From the NCBI GenBank assembly GCA_964016885.1, contig OZ024743.1, forward strand, positions 116,684,001 to 116,748,000: a DNA stretch of 64,000 nt, written 5' to 3'. Below, piece after piece: positions 1 to 13,622 of this stretch (its first letter is position 1; every line of letters starts with the position of its first letter). A program made the position numbers and the translations under genes. Source of the DNA: Eledone cirrhosa (lineage: Eukaryota). The notes beneath the pieces were generated by a model. It did no database searches. It saw nothing but the letters and a program-made list of their open reading frames with translations, and was not told the origin of the DNA.

Positions 1-55
1 ATCGACCCCCCCCCCTAAAAAATTTACTGGCCTTGTGCCTATACTAGAAAACATT
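1..55 (+). mobile_element. 3' end of tRNA-derived SINE
   Basis: ATCGAC...CTGGCCTTGTGCCTATACTAGAAAACATT matches the 3' end of the SINE copies at 55829-56010 and 63457-63683. Confidence 0.7.
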
Positions 56-64
56 ATACGTATG

Positions 65-111
<47 letters not shown>

Positions 112-374
112 GGAAAGTATTAGCAATTGGAAAGACCAACGGAGACATTGTTTCCTCGGTCCGATTTGACAAGTACCAACCCATTCTTTAAGCAAAGGAT
201 ATCTGGGATCAATCAATCGACTGCCGATATATATATATTTAATTATTTGGATTGTATATATATATATATATATATAATATGTATAAATATTTCGTATCTC
301 CAAAGAAATACACTTTTAGGAAGCCGTAGCAATGCAAACACCCTCTAGTGATGTCCAGCAGAAGCAAGGGGGAC

Positions 375-420
375 AACCGTCTATGTATTTCAGGCTTAAC
401 TGGCCTTCATCAGGACGGTC
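375..420 (-). ncRNA. Minimal type I hammerhead ribozyme
   Basis: Reverse complement reads ACCGTC-CTGATGA-AGGC cagttaa GCCT-GAAA-TACA-TA-GACGGT; stems I and II pair and the core is canonical. Confidence 0.85.
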
Positions 421-461
421 CCTCCCACCGCTTGCGACTGCTGGACTAAAAGACAGCTGAG

Positions 462-512
462 TATATATACTTTTCTCGTCTGTGTAAATGAGGTGATTAA
501 TCTCATTTGCAT
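462..512 (-). promoter_or_regulatory. Octamer (ATGCAAAT) + TATATATA upstream of hammerhead; putative snRNA-type promoter
   Basis: Octamer 505-512, 35 nt spacer containing TCACCTCATTTACACAG (PSE-like), TATATATA 462-469, HHR core 407-413. Confidence 0.45.
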
Positions 513-852
513 ATAAAGCTGCATAAGTTGGCTCAAATTATAATAAAAAAGAAATAGAATTTCGCTTCAAGCATAGCTTGATACAATATGTATAAATATT
601 TCGTATCTCCAAAGTAATACAGTTTTAGGAAGCCGTAGCTATGCAAACACCGGGGGCCTAACGTGCTATGAAGGCCAGTTAAGCGTGAAATACATAGACG
701 GTTGTCCCCCTTGCTTCTGCTGGACATCACTAGAGGGCGCCCCCCCCCCCCCCGTGTTTGCATAGCTACGGCTTCCTAAAATCGTATTTCTTTGGAGATA
801 CGAAATATTTATACATATTGTATAAAGCTATGCTTGAAGCGAAATCCTATTT

Positions 853-890
<38 letters not shown>

Positions 891-895
<5 letters not shown>

Positions 896-1320
896 TAAGA
901 GGAATTCCAACTTTGTCTGATTTACTCGTTTTATTTACAATCCTTTAAAATATATATAATGGTATTATAATGAAATAGTATGATAGAATATTAAATTCTA
1001 AGTGTTAATTGAACAAGTACTTTCATGCTTTCGCAATATTCAGGTTCATGATATGTGGTGACAGTCGAGTTTGCAATTTTCAACAGTTGAAAATTGCAAA
1101 CTCGACTGTCACCACATATCATGAACCTGAAGATTGCGAAAGCATGAAAGTACTTGTTCAATTAACACTTAGAATTTAATATTCTATCATACTATTTCAT
1201 TATAATACCATTATATATATGTTAAAGGATTGTAAATAAAACGAGTAAATCAGACAAAGTTGGAATTCCTCTTATTAATATAATCTTCTATACACAATCA
1301 TACACACCCGTGTATATTTA
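891..1320. repeat. Fold-back duplication (~195 bp arms, centre 1085) of a hammerhead-bearing pLTR-like repeat
   Basis: 891-1084 is the reverse complement of 1086-1280 with about 2 mismatches; an unfolded copy lies at 48097-48330. Confidence 0.9.
1122..1160 (+). ncRNA. Minimal type I hammerhead ribozyme
   Basis: TGAAC-CTGAAGA-TTGC GAAA GCAT-GAAA-GTAC-TT-GTTCA; palindromic stem III (AAGTACTT). Confidence 0.8.
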
Positions 1321-2167
1321 CCTATCTATCTATATATATATATATATAGTAATAATGATAATAATAATAATAATATATATGGTGTTGTACTTTATTTCAT
1401 CGAGTATACATGCAGGTAAAGTAAAGTTGCATTTAGTGGTGTTTGAACTTAGAAGGAAAAGAACCAGAACAAATACTGCAATTCCTGTTTTAGTACGCTC
1501 TAAACGATCCTGCCAATTCATCGTGTACGTACATCAAAATTAATAGAATCTTTATATTAACATGATCAAACACCAGAAAATTGAACGCTTTATTATTGCA
1601 ATTATTTGTTTGATATAAGAAAATTAAAACTGAAAATTCCATGCATACAATAAACAGCTATAAATAAAACACAAGCGCAAAAAATCTAATTAATTTACCA
1701 AATTATTACCAATTGTTATTATGAGAACAAAGTATATAACTATATAGAATAACGCATTTATTTAGATAAAATTAATTTTCAATTATTTAAAATTATTTTC
1801 TCCCTACCTATACTTTCATCCAATGATGACGTTTATTAATGCGTAAATGTTATTGTAGTTTTCATTGTTTAACGACCACGCCAGATCTGGACCATGTATC
1901 ATCACAGGAATTCCAGCGATGAAGACTCTTTTATTTTATGGCTGTATCGCTATTGATTTTCCTTTCGTTTTGAAGATAATAGATTGTTGTAAGTAATTTC
2001 TTTCTCATAATTATCTGATAGAGTAGCCGCTTTTATTTTGTCTTGTACGTGCAAGCCTGCATATATGTATGGTTGTATATTGATGGCTAACATTTCATTC
2101 GTTTGAGCTCGATAAAAATAATACTAGTCCAGTCCTAGGGTTGATTCTCCCTTTATATCTCTTTCCC

Positions 2168-2257
<90 letters not shown>

Positions 2258-2353
2258 TCTTTAATATATGTCATAACGCGACACTTACTGTTAACGAACA
2301 CAGCTAGCTACACACTCATACACACACTCTCTCACACACCCGCACACACACAA

Positions 2354-2387
<34 letters not shown>

Positions 2388-2391
2388 CATT

Positions 2392-2434
2392 GCCACAGCA
2401 TGGCCTCGGCCGGATAGCTGGAACAGGTAAGAGA

Positions 2435-2436
<2 letters not shown>
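2392..2436. mobile_element. Fragment of a second SINE family (octopus-type); opposite-orientation copy at 6503-6559
   Basis: CAGCATGGCC..GGAACAGGTAAGAGAGTA here; TACTCTTTTACC..TTTCAGCCAT..GGCCATGCTGGGGCACCGCC at 6503-6559; resembles an abundant Octopus repeat from memory. Confidence 0.55.
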
Positions 2437-2504
<68 letters not shown>

Positions 2505-3089
2505 TTCTCTATTATAATCTCACTCCTATTATATTAAGTAACACATCAAGGTCTTTCGGTAGAGAGTGTTTATACCAATCTAGATTTTAATATTCCCTAT
2601 AACATTACAAATGTTGATTGCGTAACCGCCATAACTTTTAAATAAAATCAACATAAATGAAACACAGAAACAATCTAAGAGAAAGGTTAACATATAATTA
2701 ACCCTTTTCTAATCTTTTCTCGGTTGTTTATCTGAGATATGTCCATTAAATAATGTACTGTGTAATGTGAATGGCTTTCGACCTCGTATGCAGATATATA
2801 TATCGTATGACGATAACCGAAGTCTAGCTTGTTCAGAAATTATAAATCTACACCGAGTATGTATAAATATTATTACACTTGCAGCAATGAAATTGTCGGA
2901 AAGGGGAATGGCTGGGGTTCGCTTGTATTTTATGTGAAATGATATGGATTTGGGGACTGCTATGAAGTCGTTAATGATAATAGTGGTAAACATCAAAGCA
3001 CATACATACATAGATATACATTTATAAATGTGTATATGCACATATACACTCATATATAGATATATATGTGGGGGGGGGGAGGTATGCGG

Positions 3090-3137
<48 letters not shown>

Positions 3138-3316
3138 GTGTATAAATGAGTGCATATCTTCAAAACAACCACAAGGAAACATTAAATTAGCTTATATATC
3201 AATTCACACTTAGTATAATTCTCAAATTGACGTAATGGTGTGCTTGTAATTAGGTATATAATAAGAAAGATATATATTAAGAAGTGCGGTAGCAGTGAAG
3301 TTTGCGAAAATGTTAA

Positions 3317-3453
<137 letters not shown>

Positions 3454-4013
3454 TGGGTAACACTTTTGTATAAATATGCACATGTTTAATGTGTAGATTT
3501 GTAAATATGCCAGAAAATACGTAATTTCCTGTAAAATGAAAGGAATGTTAAAACCTATAAACGATTTTCGGATCTGAAGGTGTGTATATGATCGAATCAA
3601 CCATAAGGAAACACAAATTTAATGGGCTTATATACCCATTCACCTTTAGCATTATTCTGAATGAGACCTATTAATTTGCATATAATTTGCCCTTTTTCCG
3701 GTTATTAATTGAGATATATATTAACACACCCTCAGAAGAGGTCGCAAGTAGGTCCGAAAACCGATTTAAACGTTTTCATCATTTTGTTTTTTAAGGTACA
3801 GAGGAAATCTTATCTTCTCATGTTCAAACTATCATGAACTAAATGCTTATATTAGGTCTAGGACATCTACAATAAACCCTAGATCTGACATCATCAAATA
3901 TTTCCCAGCCCCTAACCCACTCTAAATATTAGTAAGGAGACGGACATTTTCTAGCTGCATCCGTCAAATTACGCACTTTCTGTGTATGAATAGACCATAA
4001 ACAATATTTATTA

Positions 4014-4054
<41 letters not shown>

Positions 4055-4096
4055 CGAAACATAAGTCAATTGCATGAACTCATAATCCTTTATTTA

Positions 4097-4150
4097 CTGC
4101 TATATATATTTCGATGATAGACATTGAATGGCTATGACCTCATCAGGCAG
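4097..4150 (-). ncRNA. Minimal type I hammerhead ribozyme
   Basis: Reverse complement reads CTGC-CTGATGA-ggtcatagccattcaatgtctatcatc-GAAA-TATATA-TA-GCAG, within a short repeat between two (TA)n tracts. Confidence 0.8.
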
Positions 4151-4214
4151 TTAGTCACTTCTTAGATATGCCAGCTGTGTGTGTATAGTGTTGATGGTAT
4201 CAGAGGCTTGGGAC

Positions 4215-4314
<100 letters not shown>

Positions 4315-4398
4315 AGGAGGTGAGTTTTATTGTAGTACAATAAAGCAATGCAGATATCGGATAAGAAGCACTCTACAGTTTGTAGGACTGGAGTATGC

Positions 4399-4652
4399 AT
4401 AATATAAGATCAAAAGATGGTTAAAGGAGTTCCATATATTTTATTATGCGCATTTCAAAAACAAACATCATCATTTTAAATCAACATATGATATGTTGAT
4501 TTAAAACTGCACTATCCACAAGTGTTTTTTAGCCTTCATATCATGTTCTCCTGTTTTATCTGATGAAAACACAAATATTATTGCATGATGATGTTTGTTT
4601 TTGAAATGCGCATAATAAAATATATGGAACTCCTTTAACCATCTTTTGATCT

Positions 4653-4660
<8 letters not shown>
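4399..4660. repeat. Fold-back duplication of a pLTR-like repeat
   Basis: 4399-4473 is inverted at 4585-4660; additional hairpin TTTTAAATCAACATAT-G-ATATGTTGATTTAAAA at 4474-4506. Confidence 0.85.
4554..4620 (+). ncRNA. Minimal type I hammerhead ribozyme
   Basis: TTTTAT-CTGATGA-AAACACAAATA...TGTTTGTTTTT-GAAA-TGCGCA-TA-ATAAAA; palindromic stem III. Confidence 0.8.
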
Positions 4661-4719
<59 letters not shown>

Positions 4720-5480
4720 GAATATATGTTACTTAGAATTTGAACAGAAAAAAACCCCAGAAAAATATAAAGAAGAAATAAACCTTACTTCTGTTGTTTT
4801 GATTCATTGATATTTGATCTTGATTTCTCAAAGCACCGATGTTATATGATTTAGAATAAGCAGCCTGACCGCAGCTGCAAAAGGCCACTATCTATTGGTC
4901 AGAGTTAGCTTCGCCACAACATCATCAAATCTTTTGACTTCCTTAGTGGCACTATTGTTTGAGACTTGGTTTCAACTTGTTCAGGAATCAGGTCAGTCAG
5001 GGATTTACCTTGTAGACAGGTTGCTCTGTCAATAGAAACAATGACCGATGATACCTTATTTTGTTAGGAGCGATAGTTGACCGCAGTAAGCATGTTTGCA
5101 GTTGGGGAGGTAGTGGTAATATGATAATATTAGGATATAAAGTTGGGTTGTAATATAACATTTTTTTATGCAGTTTATCTATTCACTCTCATTCCTTTCG
5201 AAATCCTTTAAGAAGGAATATTACTTCACTTTCAACCAATATCTGGAGCTTAAAAGACAATGAGACAATGGCCTCCGATATATTTTACATTGGGAGATTC
5301 TAGCTAAACTTTGATCCTATAACCGCAATAAAAGATATGGTGATCTTTGTGCTGCTGAAACCCAGGAAATCTTTTACGCCAACGAATGTATTTTAAACAA
5401 AATTTCAGGTGTAATTTCAGCTTGTAAACAAACACTGTATAAAATATGCCTCTCGCTCTGCCTCTCTCCTCTTTTCCTCG

Positions 5481-5552
<72 letters not shown>

Positions 5553-6194
5553 CTTCCGCATTCTTTCTCTCTCTCCCCTCTTACTCTTTCTTGCTTTCTC
5601 ATTCCGTCACACACGCACATACAAACGCACACTATTTTTTTAACGTTATCATATTCTCACTTTCTATTTCTCTGTCTCACAACCATATATTATTCGTTCA
5701 ATATTCAATACTCCCGACCTGTAACTTAATAATCATTCGAGACATTTTTTTATATACCAGCCTCTGCCGTTCCAATCATCTTCAAAGAGTCAATTTTCTT
5801 GGATCATTCTGTTTTCTTTTATAGACGCGATATGAACAACACCATTAAACCTGTTATTTACAAGCACTTCTTAGATTTGCCTATACTGTGATTTCGATTT
5901 GCGATAAATATATGGCCAACATGGTCCTGTTAATATTTTTTATCAGGTAATTCCTTGTTCGTTTCCATTTAACAGCGTGTTCGACACGCGTATTTTACCA
6001 TTAAACACAGACACACGTTATCGTCTTTTTTTTTGGGGGGGGGGGGGTTTCTTCCCGGACAACTACTCCTCTTAGTTATCAACGCACTGTAGTGAGATGT
6101 AGTGATTTAATGCGTTCAAAACATAGGCGCGGCCCACAGCAGACACCCAATGAGTAAGATTTTTCCTTGTGTTTATGTTTTATACATACATATT

Positions 6195-6366
6195 CTAAGG
6201 CGGGTAAAATTCCCGAGATCCATGGACGAGTTCTCTCCAGCGGTCTCTGTCCCTCATTATCGCTGCCATGTCCTGCGTCTCCAACAGACCAGTGTCTGTC
6301 CTTAGGGCATCAACATACGTTAACCTTGGTCTTCCTCTTCTAGTGTGTCCATGTAGGGGCTCCCAA
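6195..6366 (-). mobile_element. 3' end of RTE-clade LINE (5'-truncated)
   Basis: WEPLHGHTRRGRPRLTYVDALRTDTG...MRDRDRWRELV matches the RTE C-terminal R-x-RGRP...DR-x-x-W-R signature. Confidence 0.75.
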
Positions 6367-6452
6367 AGTATATATATATACATACCCTAAGTATTGAGTA
6401 CTCTGGTGCGTTATGGTCCATCTGGTTCCTTACCACAACTCCTCCATTATTA

Positions 6453-6503
<51 letters not shown>

Positions 6504-7024
6504 CTTTTACTCTTTTACCTCTTTCAGCCATCCGGCTGAGGCCATGCTGGGGCACCGCCATATATATATATAAATTCGTTATTGGATGAAGTGAGGGGGC
6601 TTCCGTTCAAGGCCTCTGTGCAAATGCAATTTGCTGAAGGAAAATAAGGGGTTGTTGTTTTTAGTTCCGCCTATTTACCTGGTCGAAAGTTAGTTTTTAA
6701 TTGTATGTCCGTCCAGTAGTAGGTATTTTTAGCGTGTGTAATCAGTCCCCATCGTAGAGGGAATATCCGGGTGTAGCTGCTGGCCGGTTCCTCCACTACT
6801 TCACTGTATCGGTTGCACCATAGAGCGTTCAATATTTTGGAGCTAAATTCTTAAGGTAAATATTGATGTAATTCAATTCAAGCACTCAACGTACTTTTTT
6901 TCCACATAGGATTAACGGAGTATATTTAGAATAAGAAAATGCGAAGTAGTTTCAGATGTAAAAGTCCTTTAATGATAATGCTGGGATACATATTTCAATA
7001 ACGACAGTGGCCACACGCTTCGGT

Positions 7025-7600
7025 GTATAAATAAATTAGTTGAACAAAAATGACAGAGGTTATTAAAATCATAAAAGTAATAATAATTAAATATATACAT
7101 ACACACATCTATAAACGTACATACACGTGCATACGCGAACACACACGCCATGCATGCATTTACATGCACGTACACATAAATACGGGCCCATGTACGTAAA
7201 CCAGCGCGACACATATACTCGCACACATACGAATGTATACACCAAATACACATATAAATGTATGTGTGTGTGTGTGTGTGTAATTATATATACATATATA
7301 AACATACACGCATAAATGCTTATATAACGCACACACACACATATCTACAGGTAAATACACATATGTTCACCAAACGTACTTATTCCAAAACGCTAGGTAC
7401 ACACCTACACCATGCATACGTGCAAACACACATACACATTCATACATACCCATATACATACATATATGTGTGTATAAAAAAATACCAACGTACATATATA
7501 AACCCGTATATATAAATATACAGCAACTCATACGCATACCCAACGATAATCCATATATATATATATACATACATATGGTATACACACACACACACACACA
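7025..7600 (+). repeat. ~600 bp AC/AT-rich repeat; inverted diverged copy at ~14070-14650
   Basis: AATAAATTAGTTGAACAAAAATGACAGAGG..TTAAAATCATAAAAGTAATAATAATT..CAGCAACTCATAC..CCCAACGATAATC matches the reverse complement of 14088-14648. Confidence 0.8.
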
Positions 7601-7606
7601 CACACA

Positions 7607-7650
<44 letters not shown>

Positions 7651-7930
7651 CAATATATTAATAAATGGAAACTATATTTATAAAACCATAATTATCTTAT
7701 TATATATATTTCAAGGGCAACCAAGGCAAATTATGGTGCGCTTTCATCGGATAAAATACAGATTGTTTTATAAATAAATATTGACATCCGGGTATGTCAA
7801 TATTTATTTATAAAACAAATCTGTATTTTATCTGATGAACGCGCACCATAATGTGCCTTGGTTGCCTTGAAATATATATAATAAAATAATTATGGTTTTA
7901 TAAATATAGACTCCATTTATTAATATATTG
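7651..7930. repeat. Fold-back duplication (centre ~7790) with hammerhead in right arm
   Basis: Arms are reverse complementary with several mismatches; HHR at 7824-7888: TATTTTAT-CTGATGA...GAAA-TATATA-TA-ATAAAATA. Confidence 0.85.
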
Positions 7931-8019
7931 AATATTTACTCCATTAAATCGTTGAGTGCTTTATATCGGTTATAAACATGTTTAAGCTTGTTGAATCCCA
8001 ACAAATTAAATATAACCTC

Positions 8020-8060
<41 letters not shown>

Positions 8061-8270
8061 CGTTTCTGAATTTGTTTAGCAAGATTCTTTATCTGAAATC
8101 GTGTGTTGAAACCGATATTGTTATACTTTGGGAGGATCATGTTGCCAATAAGAAACACACGCACCAGTTGCTTTCACTTCAATTTATTATAATAAACTTA
8201 TAATAAATTTATAAATTTATAAATTTCTGGTTGGTTGGTTGGTTCCACAACCAGATAGTTGTTTATATAT

Positions 8271-8315
8271 AGTCATAGTTCTTTCGTCACACACTCTGTG
8301 ACCTCTTCAGTGACT
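8271..8315 (-). ncRNA. Hammerhead ribozyme in Penelope pLTR
   Basis: AGTCA-CTGAAGA-G GTCACA gagtg TGTGAC-GAAA-GAAC-TA-TGACT; copies at 12332-12376 and 13133-13177 have core C>T changes. Confidence 0.85.
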
Positions 8316-8515
8316 GGGGATTCCTTTCTTTGTTTCTGTGCCTCTCCTTTGTTCTGTCCTACGCCATTTTGTTTCTGTGAGTATGTTGTGTACTCAGTCT
8401 GCGCATGCACCACATCCGGGTGTCTGTGTGTGTTTATGTTCATTTATTTATTTGTTTATTTACATGTTACTGGTTGGTTGTTTGTTCTATGTGTGAGTGT
8501 GTTTTCATTTTGTCC

Positions 8516-11500
8516 TTAATTGTAAGTTGTGATGTTGCTGTTCCACTCATATTTTCTATTTAATTTTGGTTGTAATTCTTTTATGTTTATTGCCTCTGTA
8601 ATTTGTCTAAACATTGCGTCTTTTCTGTGTGTAGATTCTATTTTTATTTCTATGTTCTCTAATTTACACTTGTGTTCTATTTTAGCATGTTGGTAGAGTA
8701 CAGATGATTATTTATTATCTTGAAGGTCTCGCCAGTGTTCATTTAACCGTTCCCCTACACTACGGGCTGTCTCACCTATGTACACTATATTTTTGTCTCT
8801 ACATTGTTCTTCAGTACATCTTATGCTATACACTACATTTCTAGTTTTACAGTTAATATGGGGGCTTATTTTACAGGTTATACATTTCTTATCTATACAT
8901 GAGGGTCTTTGAAAAGGATATGTCTTGCTAATAAGTGTTTTTACGGAGGTACCTGGTCTTTCTACTATCTTAATATTGAGTTTATGTTTATTTAGGGCCC
9001 TTCTAAATTTGTAAGCTAATTCACCTCTAGGGGTTGTATCGATGAACATTACACTCTGGTACTTATTGCTATCATACCATGAGTTTATTCTATTAGCCTT
9101 GTTCCTAGTTCTTTCTATTCTATTCCAAAATTTGCTCCTATACAAGGGGCAGGTCCCATTTATGTCATTATTTACCATTTTTTCCCATTTGGCTCTGGCT
9201 CCTCTATACACTCTGATTTTATCTCTCTGATTGTAGCCAGAGAACTGCATACGGTGGATGAAGTGTTGTATGTGTCTCTCTAGTTCTTCGCGTTGCATAT
9301 GCGGGACACATTTCTCATCACCGGTACCAAATCCGCAATCAGTATGCTGATTTTGGTATGGTCGGAAACGGCCGAGTTTCGGTGGATCAGATGTTTGGAA
9401 GTCATGGGTTTGGCATAATGGGAATGGAGGATTTGTTTTTTGTTGTTAATGGTATCTAACCATAGCTCTGTGTCTAGTACAGGTAATCGATGGTTGGGGT
9501 GTCTACTTGGGTAGTCTATAGTAACTCTAATGCTCTGGTGGATGGAGTTTGCTATTTGCTGTATGCTTTACATTGTGTTTTTCTTTAGTTCCTGACTGTT
9601 CTCTAATGGGGGTGTCTTAACTACGATGTTTATATCATCTACGTAGCGGGAGTACATTATCAGGGTTAAGGGGTCTTCTAATTGTTCTTTAAGTTTTAGT
9701 TTAAGTCTACTGTCCCACCATACCATGAATAAGTTAGCTATGTCGCCTGCAATGCTAACACCATTGGCTGCTCCTTCCTCTTTGGCATATGTTTTTCCAT
9801 TAAATTTGAACATATGTTCCTTAAGGGTTAGTTTTATGCTGGCCCCTACCGCATGTGCAATCATTTTCTTCAGTTCATCGTGGTTTTCGGGTGTCCGTAT
9901 GGCTCTGGTCCACCCGTTCCATCTATCTGTGTGGGTTTTCTTGGCCATTGAGGTAATGGTAGGTGGTCTGCCTCTTGCTGGTCTTGTAGGACACAGGTTG
10001 CTAAGGTCATATGTGTCTAGGTAATTATTACTATAGGTAAGCCTAAGTAGGAGTCCCAGCTCACTGGTATCAATCCCACGGAACTCAACCTTGCTCTCAC
10101 TGATCATTTCTACGCATTTCTCCACAGCAAAATCCACGTCAATAGATGGATACAGGGACATAACATCCATACTACCTATTATGCAGCTTGTTAGGTCCCC
10201 AGATCGGTTACTCACGCCGATTCTGCTGAGGAGGTCCTCCGTGCTGTCACATACATCTGGGGACATTTCAATGATGGGGCGTATGATCAGGGAGAGGAAG
10301 TAGGACAGTCTGTAGTTACTAGCAATGTTAGCTCCACAGACTGGCCGTGTTGGTGGTCCCGGGACAGGGTTCCAGCCCGTTTTATGGTCTTTTAGAAGCC
10401 CATACAACGCCGGCACGTCATTGTTCCAGGCCTGGAAGTTGTTGGCAGTCCTTTTGTTGGGCTGCATTATATTCGTCCACATCACCATATGGGCATTGAG
10501 GGCTTTTTCTCTATCCTCATGCTCCTGTGGTGTTACCTCTCTTGTGTTAGTGATGTGGGGTTGCATTGCCTGGATGTAGTTTGGCAGGCTGTCAACCGAC
10601 ATTCTGCCAGACTTGTCTGTTGGAAAGCATGCTATCTCTCCATTACGTGAGCGCTGCATGAGCTTACGCAAGCCATTTGCAGATTTTTCTCCCAGTTGCT
10701 GGGCCTCCATTCTATTATGCTTCTTGCTATACTGTTCTATAATATTTCTAAGTTCGGATCTAGCTATACTAAATTGTGCTTCTGTTTGTTCATCGACCTG
10801 CGACGGCAATTGCGTGCGTTTGTTAAATGATAAAGTTTGGCGTGGACTCGTCGCAGGTCGAATGATTTATCGGAGGGTTCATAAAACGTAGAGTTCCAGG
10901 CTGCTGCTTTATGTGTACTAGTGCTATTGTTATTGTTAGTTGTGTTGTTTCTATTTCTATTTCCACCAACAGCCTCATGGTTGTTTCTATGTCTCTCACA
11001 ATTACTCCTGTCTCTTTCCACTGGCTCATTGTTGTTATCTACCCTATTTTGTGTGTCTGTGTGTTCGTCCTGGTTATTCTCTTTGTCCTTAGTCTCCCTT
11101 CTCTTTTTAATCCTATTACTTTCCCTTAATTCTGTGATTTCTGTGCTACTGTCATTACTTGTTTTCTGTGTCTGTGTGTTTGTTAAGATTGTGGTGGTGG
11201 TGAGAGGCATTGAATGTGTGTGTGTGTTGTTGTTGTTGATGTGTGCTGTTGTTGATGTGTGTTGTTGTTGTCTCCGTGTGTGTTATTGTTGTTGTGTGTG
11301 TGTTGTTATTGTTGTTTGTGTCTGCGTGTCTGTTGTTGTTGTTTCTGGGTATGTTTTTATTGTTGTTGTTGTTGGTGTGTGTGTTGTTGTTATTGTTGTT
11401 TGTGTCTGTGTGTCTGTTGTTGTTGGGATGTGTGTTGTATATGTGTGTGCGTATATTGTCGCTATGGTTTTTGTTTTTGTTTTTGAGGCTCCAGCGTAGT

Positions 11501-12205
11501 TTTGTAAATGATTTTTATATTTCTGACAGACAACTAATCATATTTACCTTCTTTAATGTCGCAAATTTCGGGGGTAAACATAACACAGACATCTCATCGT
11601 CATCTATTCTTGTGTTGCCGTATATATTTGTGTTGTTGTTGTTGTTGAACTCTTCTGTTAATGAGGTGTCGGCCATATTTATACCGTCAATTTTGTCGGG
11701 ATATCTATTGGTATTCTCTATAGTATCCTGATTTAGCTTTATCTGCTTAAGCCACTTTAGTTTCTTGTTAAAGGGCTTATCACATTCTTGAGTAATGTAC
11801 TGTTCTTCAGGGCGTATAAGGCTTATAAATATTATTTTCTCTCTTGGTGTGGTGATCCTAGCTATTTCTTGTATTAGGTTACGCTTATGTTTTTCTTGAT
11901 GACTTAATTCTCTATAGATCTTCTTTTTTATGTTTAGAATTAATGTTCGTTTTAGCCTATCTGCTTGTTTTTTGGTGAGTTGAAATCTTCTAACGTCGGT
12001 GTAGATGGTGTTGGTGTAAACTCGGGATGAGGCACATTATTTTATGAAGTGTAGTTGTCGAGATGTTATGGTTTTTCGTAGACAACAGAACATGGTGGTT
12101 TTCAGTATCTTGTTAGCCTGGCTAAGGCTTCTGAATTTGTTTAGCAAGATTCTTTATTTGAAATCGTGTGTTGAAACTGATATTGTTATACTTTGGGAGA
12201 GTCAT
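8516..12205 (-). pseudogene. Penelope-like RT + GIY-YIG polyprotein, disrupted
   Basis: Starts MTLPKYNN in the pLTR; PTDKSG, YGLLKDHK, TRPVC, SMDVMSLYPSI, RYVDD; Cys knuckle CIDKKCITC; VYSIRC..VYIGETARS..R..EH; stops near 9568 and 8708, frameshifts. Confidence 0.9.
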
Positions 12206-12435
12206 GTTGCCAATAAGAAACACACGCACCAGTTGCTTTCACTTCAATTTATTATAATAAATTTATAATAAATCTATGAATTTATAAATTTCTGGTTGGT
12301 TGGTTCCACAACGAGATAGTTGTTTATATATAGTCATAGTTCTTTCGTCACACACTCTGTGACCTCCTCAATGACTGGGGATTCCTTTCTTTGTTTCTGT
12401 GCCTCTCCTTTGTTCTGTCCTACGCCATTTTGTTT

Positions 12436-12938
12436 TAGCTTACAAATTTAGAAGGGCCCTAAATAAACATAAACTCAATATTAAGATAGTAAAAAGACCA
12501 GGTACCTCCGTAAAAACACTTATTAGCAAGACATACCCTTTTCAAAGACCCTCATGTATAGATAAGAAATGTATAACCTGTAAAATAAGCCCCCATATTA
12601 ACTGTAAAACTAGAAATGTAGTGTATAGCATAAGATGTACTGAAGGACAATGTAGAGACAAAAATATAGTGTACATAGGTGAGACAGCCCGTAGTGTAGG
12701 GGAACGGATAAATGAACACTGGCGAGACCTTCAAGATAATAAAGAATCATCTGTACTCTACCAACATGCTAAAATAGAACACAAGTTTAAATTAGAGAAC
12801 ATAGAAATAAAAATAGAATCTACACACAGAAAAGACGCAACGTTTAGACAAATTACAGAGGCAATAAACATAAAAGAATTACAACCAAAATTAAATAGAA
12901 AATATGAGTGGAACAGTAACATCACAACTTACAATTAA
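12436..12938 (+). pseudogene. Inverted duplicate of the GIY-YIG endonuclease end of the Penelope-like element
   Basis: Near-identical to 8516-9020; here the frame is open through ITEAINIKELQPKLNRKYEW. Confidence 0.85.
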
Positions 12939-13325
12939 GGACAAAATGAAAACACACACACATAGAACACACAACCAACCAGTAACATGTAAATAAACAA
13001 ATAAATGAACATAAACACACACAGAAACCCGGATGTGGCGCATGCGCAGACTGAGCACACAAAACACACACAGAAACAAAATGGCGTAGGACAGAACAAA
13101 GGAGAGGCACAGAAACAAAGAAAGGAATCCCCAGTCATTGAAGAGGTCACAGAGTGTCTGACGAAAGAACTATGACTATATATAAACAACTATCTGGTTG
13201 TGGAACCAACCAGCCAACCAGAAATTTATAAATTTATAAATTTATTATAAATTTATTATAATAAATTGAAGTGAAAGCAACTGGTGCGTGTGTTTCTTAT
13301 TGGCAACATGACCCTCCCAAAGTAT

Positions 13326-13400
<75 letters not shown>

Positions 13401-13590
13401 TACATACATATACATAAACACCCTCATTTATCTAATATAAATCCACACACGCAAGTAACCTAATATATTAAACGTACATACACACACACATACACGCATA
13501 ACCATACATCCACAACCACACGCGCGCACACCCACACTCACACACACACTCAGACACATACACACACGCAGTCACACACATATATATACA

Positions 13591-13622
<32 letters not shown>

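Larger units (their letters stand above)
277..857. mobile_element. Hammerhead-bearing non-autonomous repeat (pLTR/retrozyme-like) with internal inverted duplication
   Basis: 277-340 is repeated at 586-649; 545-650 is inverted at 754-857; HHR on the - strand and a degenerate copy at ~667-704 (+); flanked by (TA)n. Confidence 0.7.
8057..13330 (-). mobile_element. Penelope-like retroelement with 3' pLTR, partial 5' pLTR and inverted 3'-end copy
   Basis: pLTR 8057-8520 is repeated at 12130-12433; RT-GIY-YIG ORF lies between; inverted EN+pLTR copy at 12434-13330; both outer ends in (TA)n. Confidence 0.9.

Noticed and set aside
8708-9568. Stop-codon recoding (selenocysteine, as in Naiad PLEs)
   Set aside because: The interrupting stops are TAA, and the inverted duplicate has GAA at one of them, so they look like ordinary mutations; the endonuclease is C-terminal
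10921-11731. Hydrophobic/Cys-rich ORFs on + strand
   Set aside because: Antisense reading of the (AAC/ACAC) low-complexity tract of the Penelope-like element
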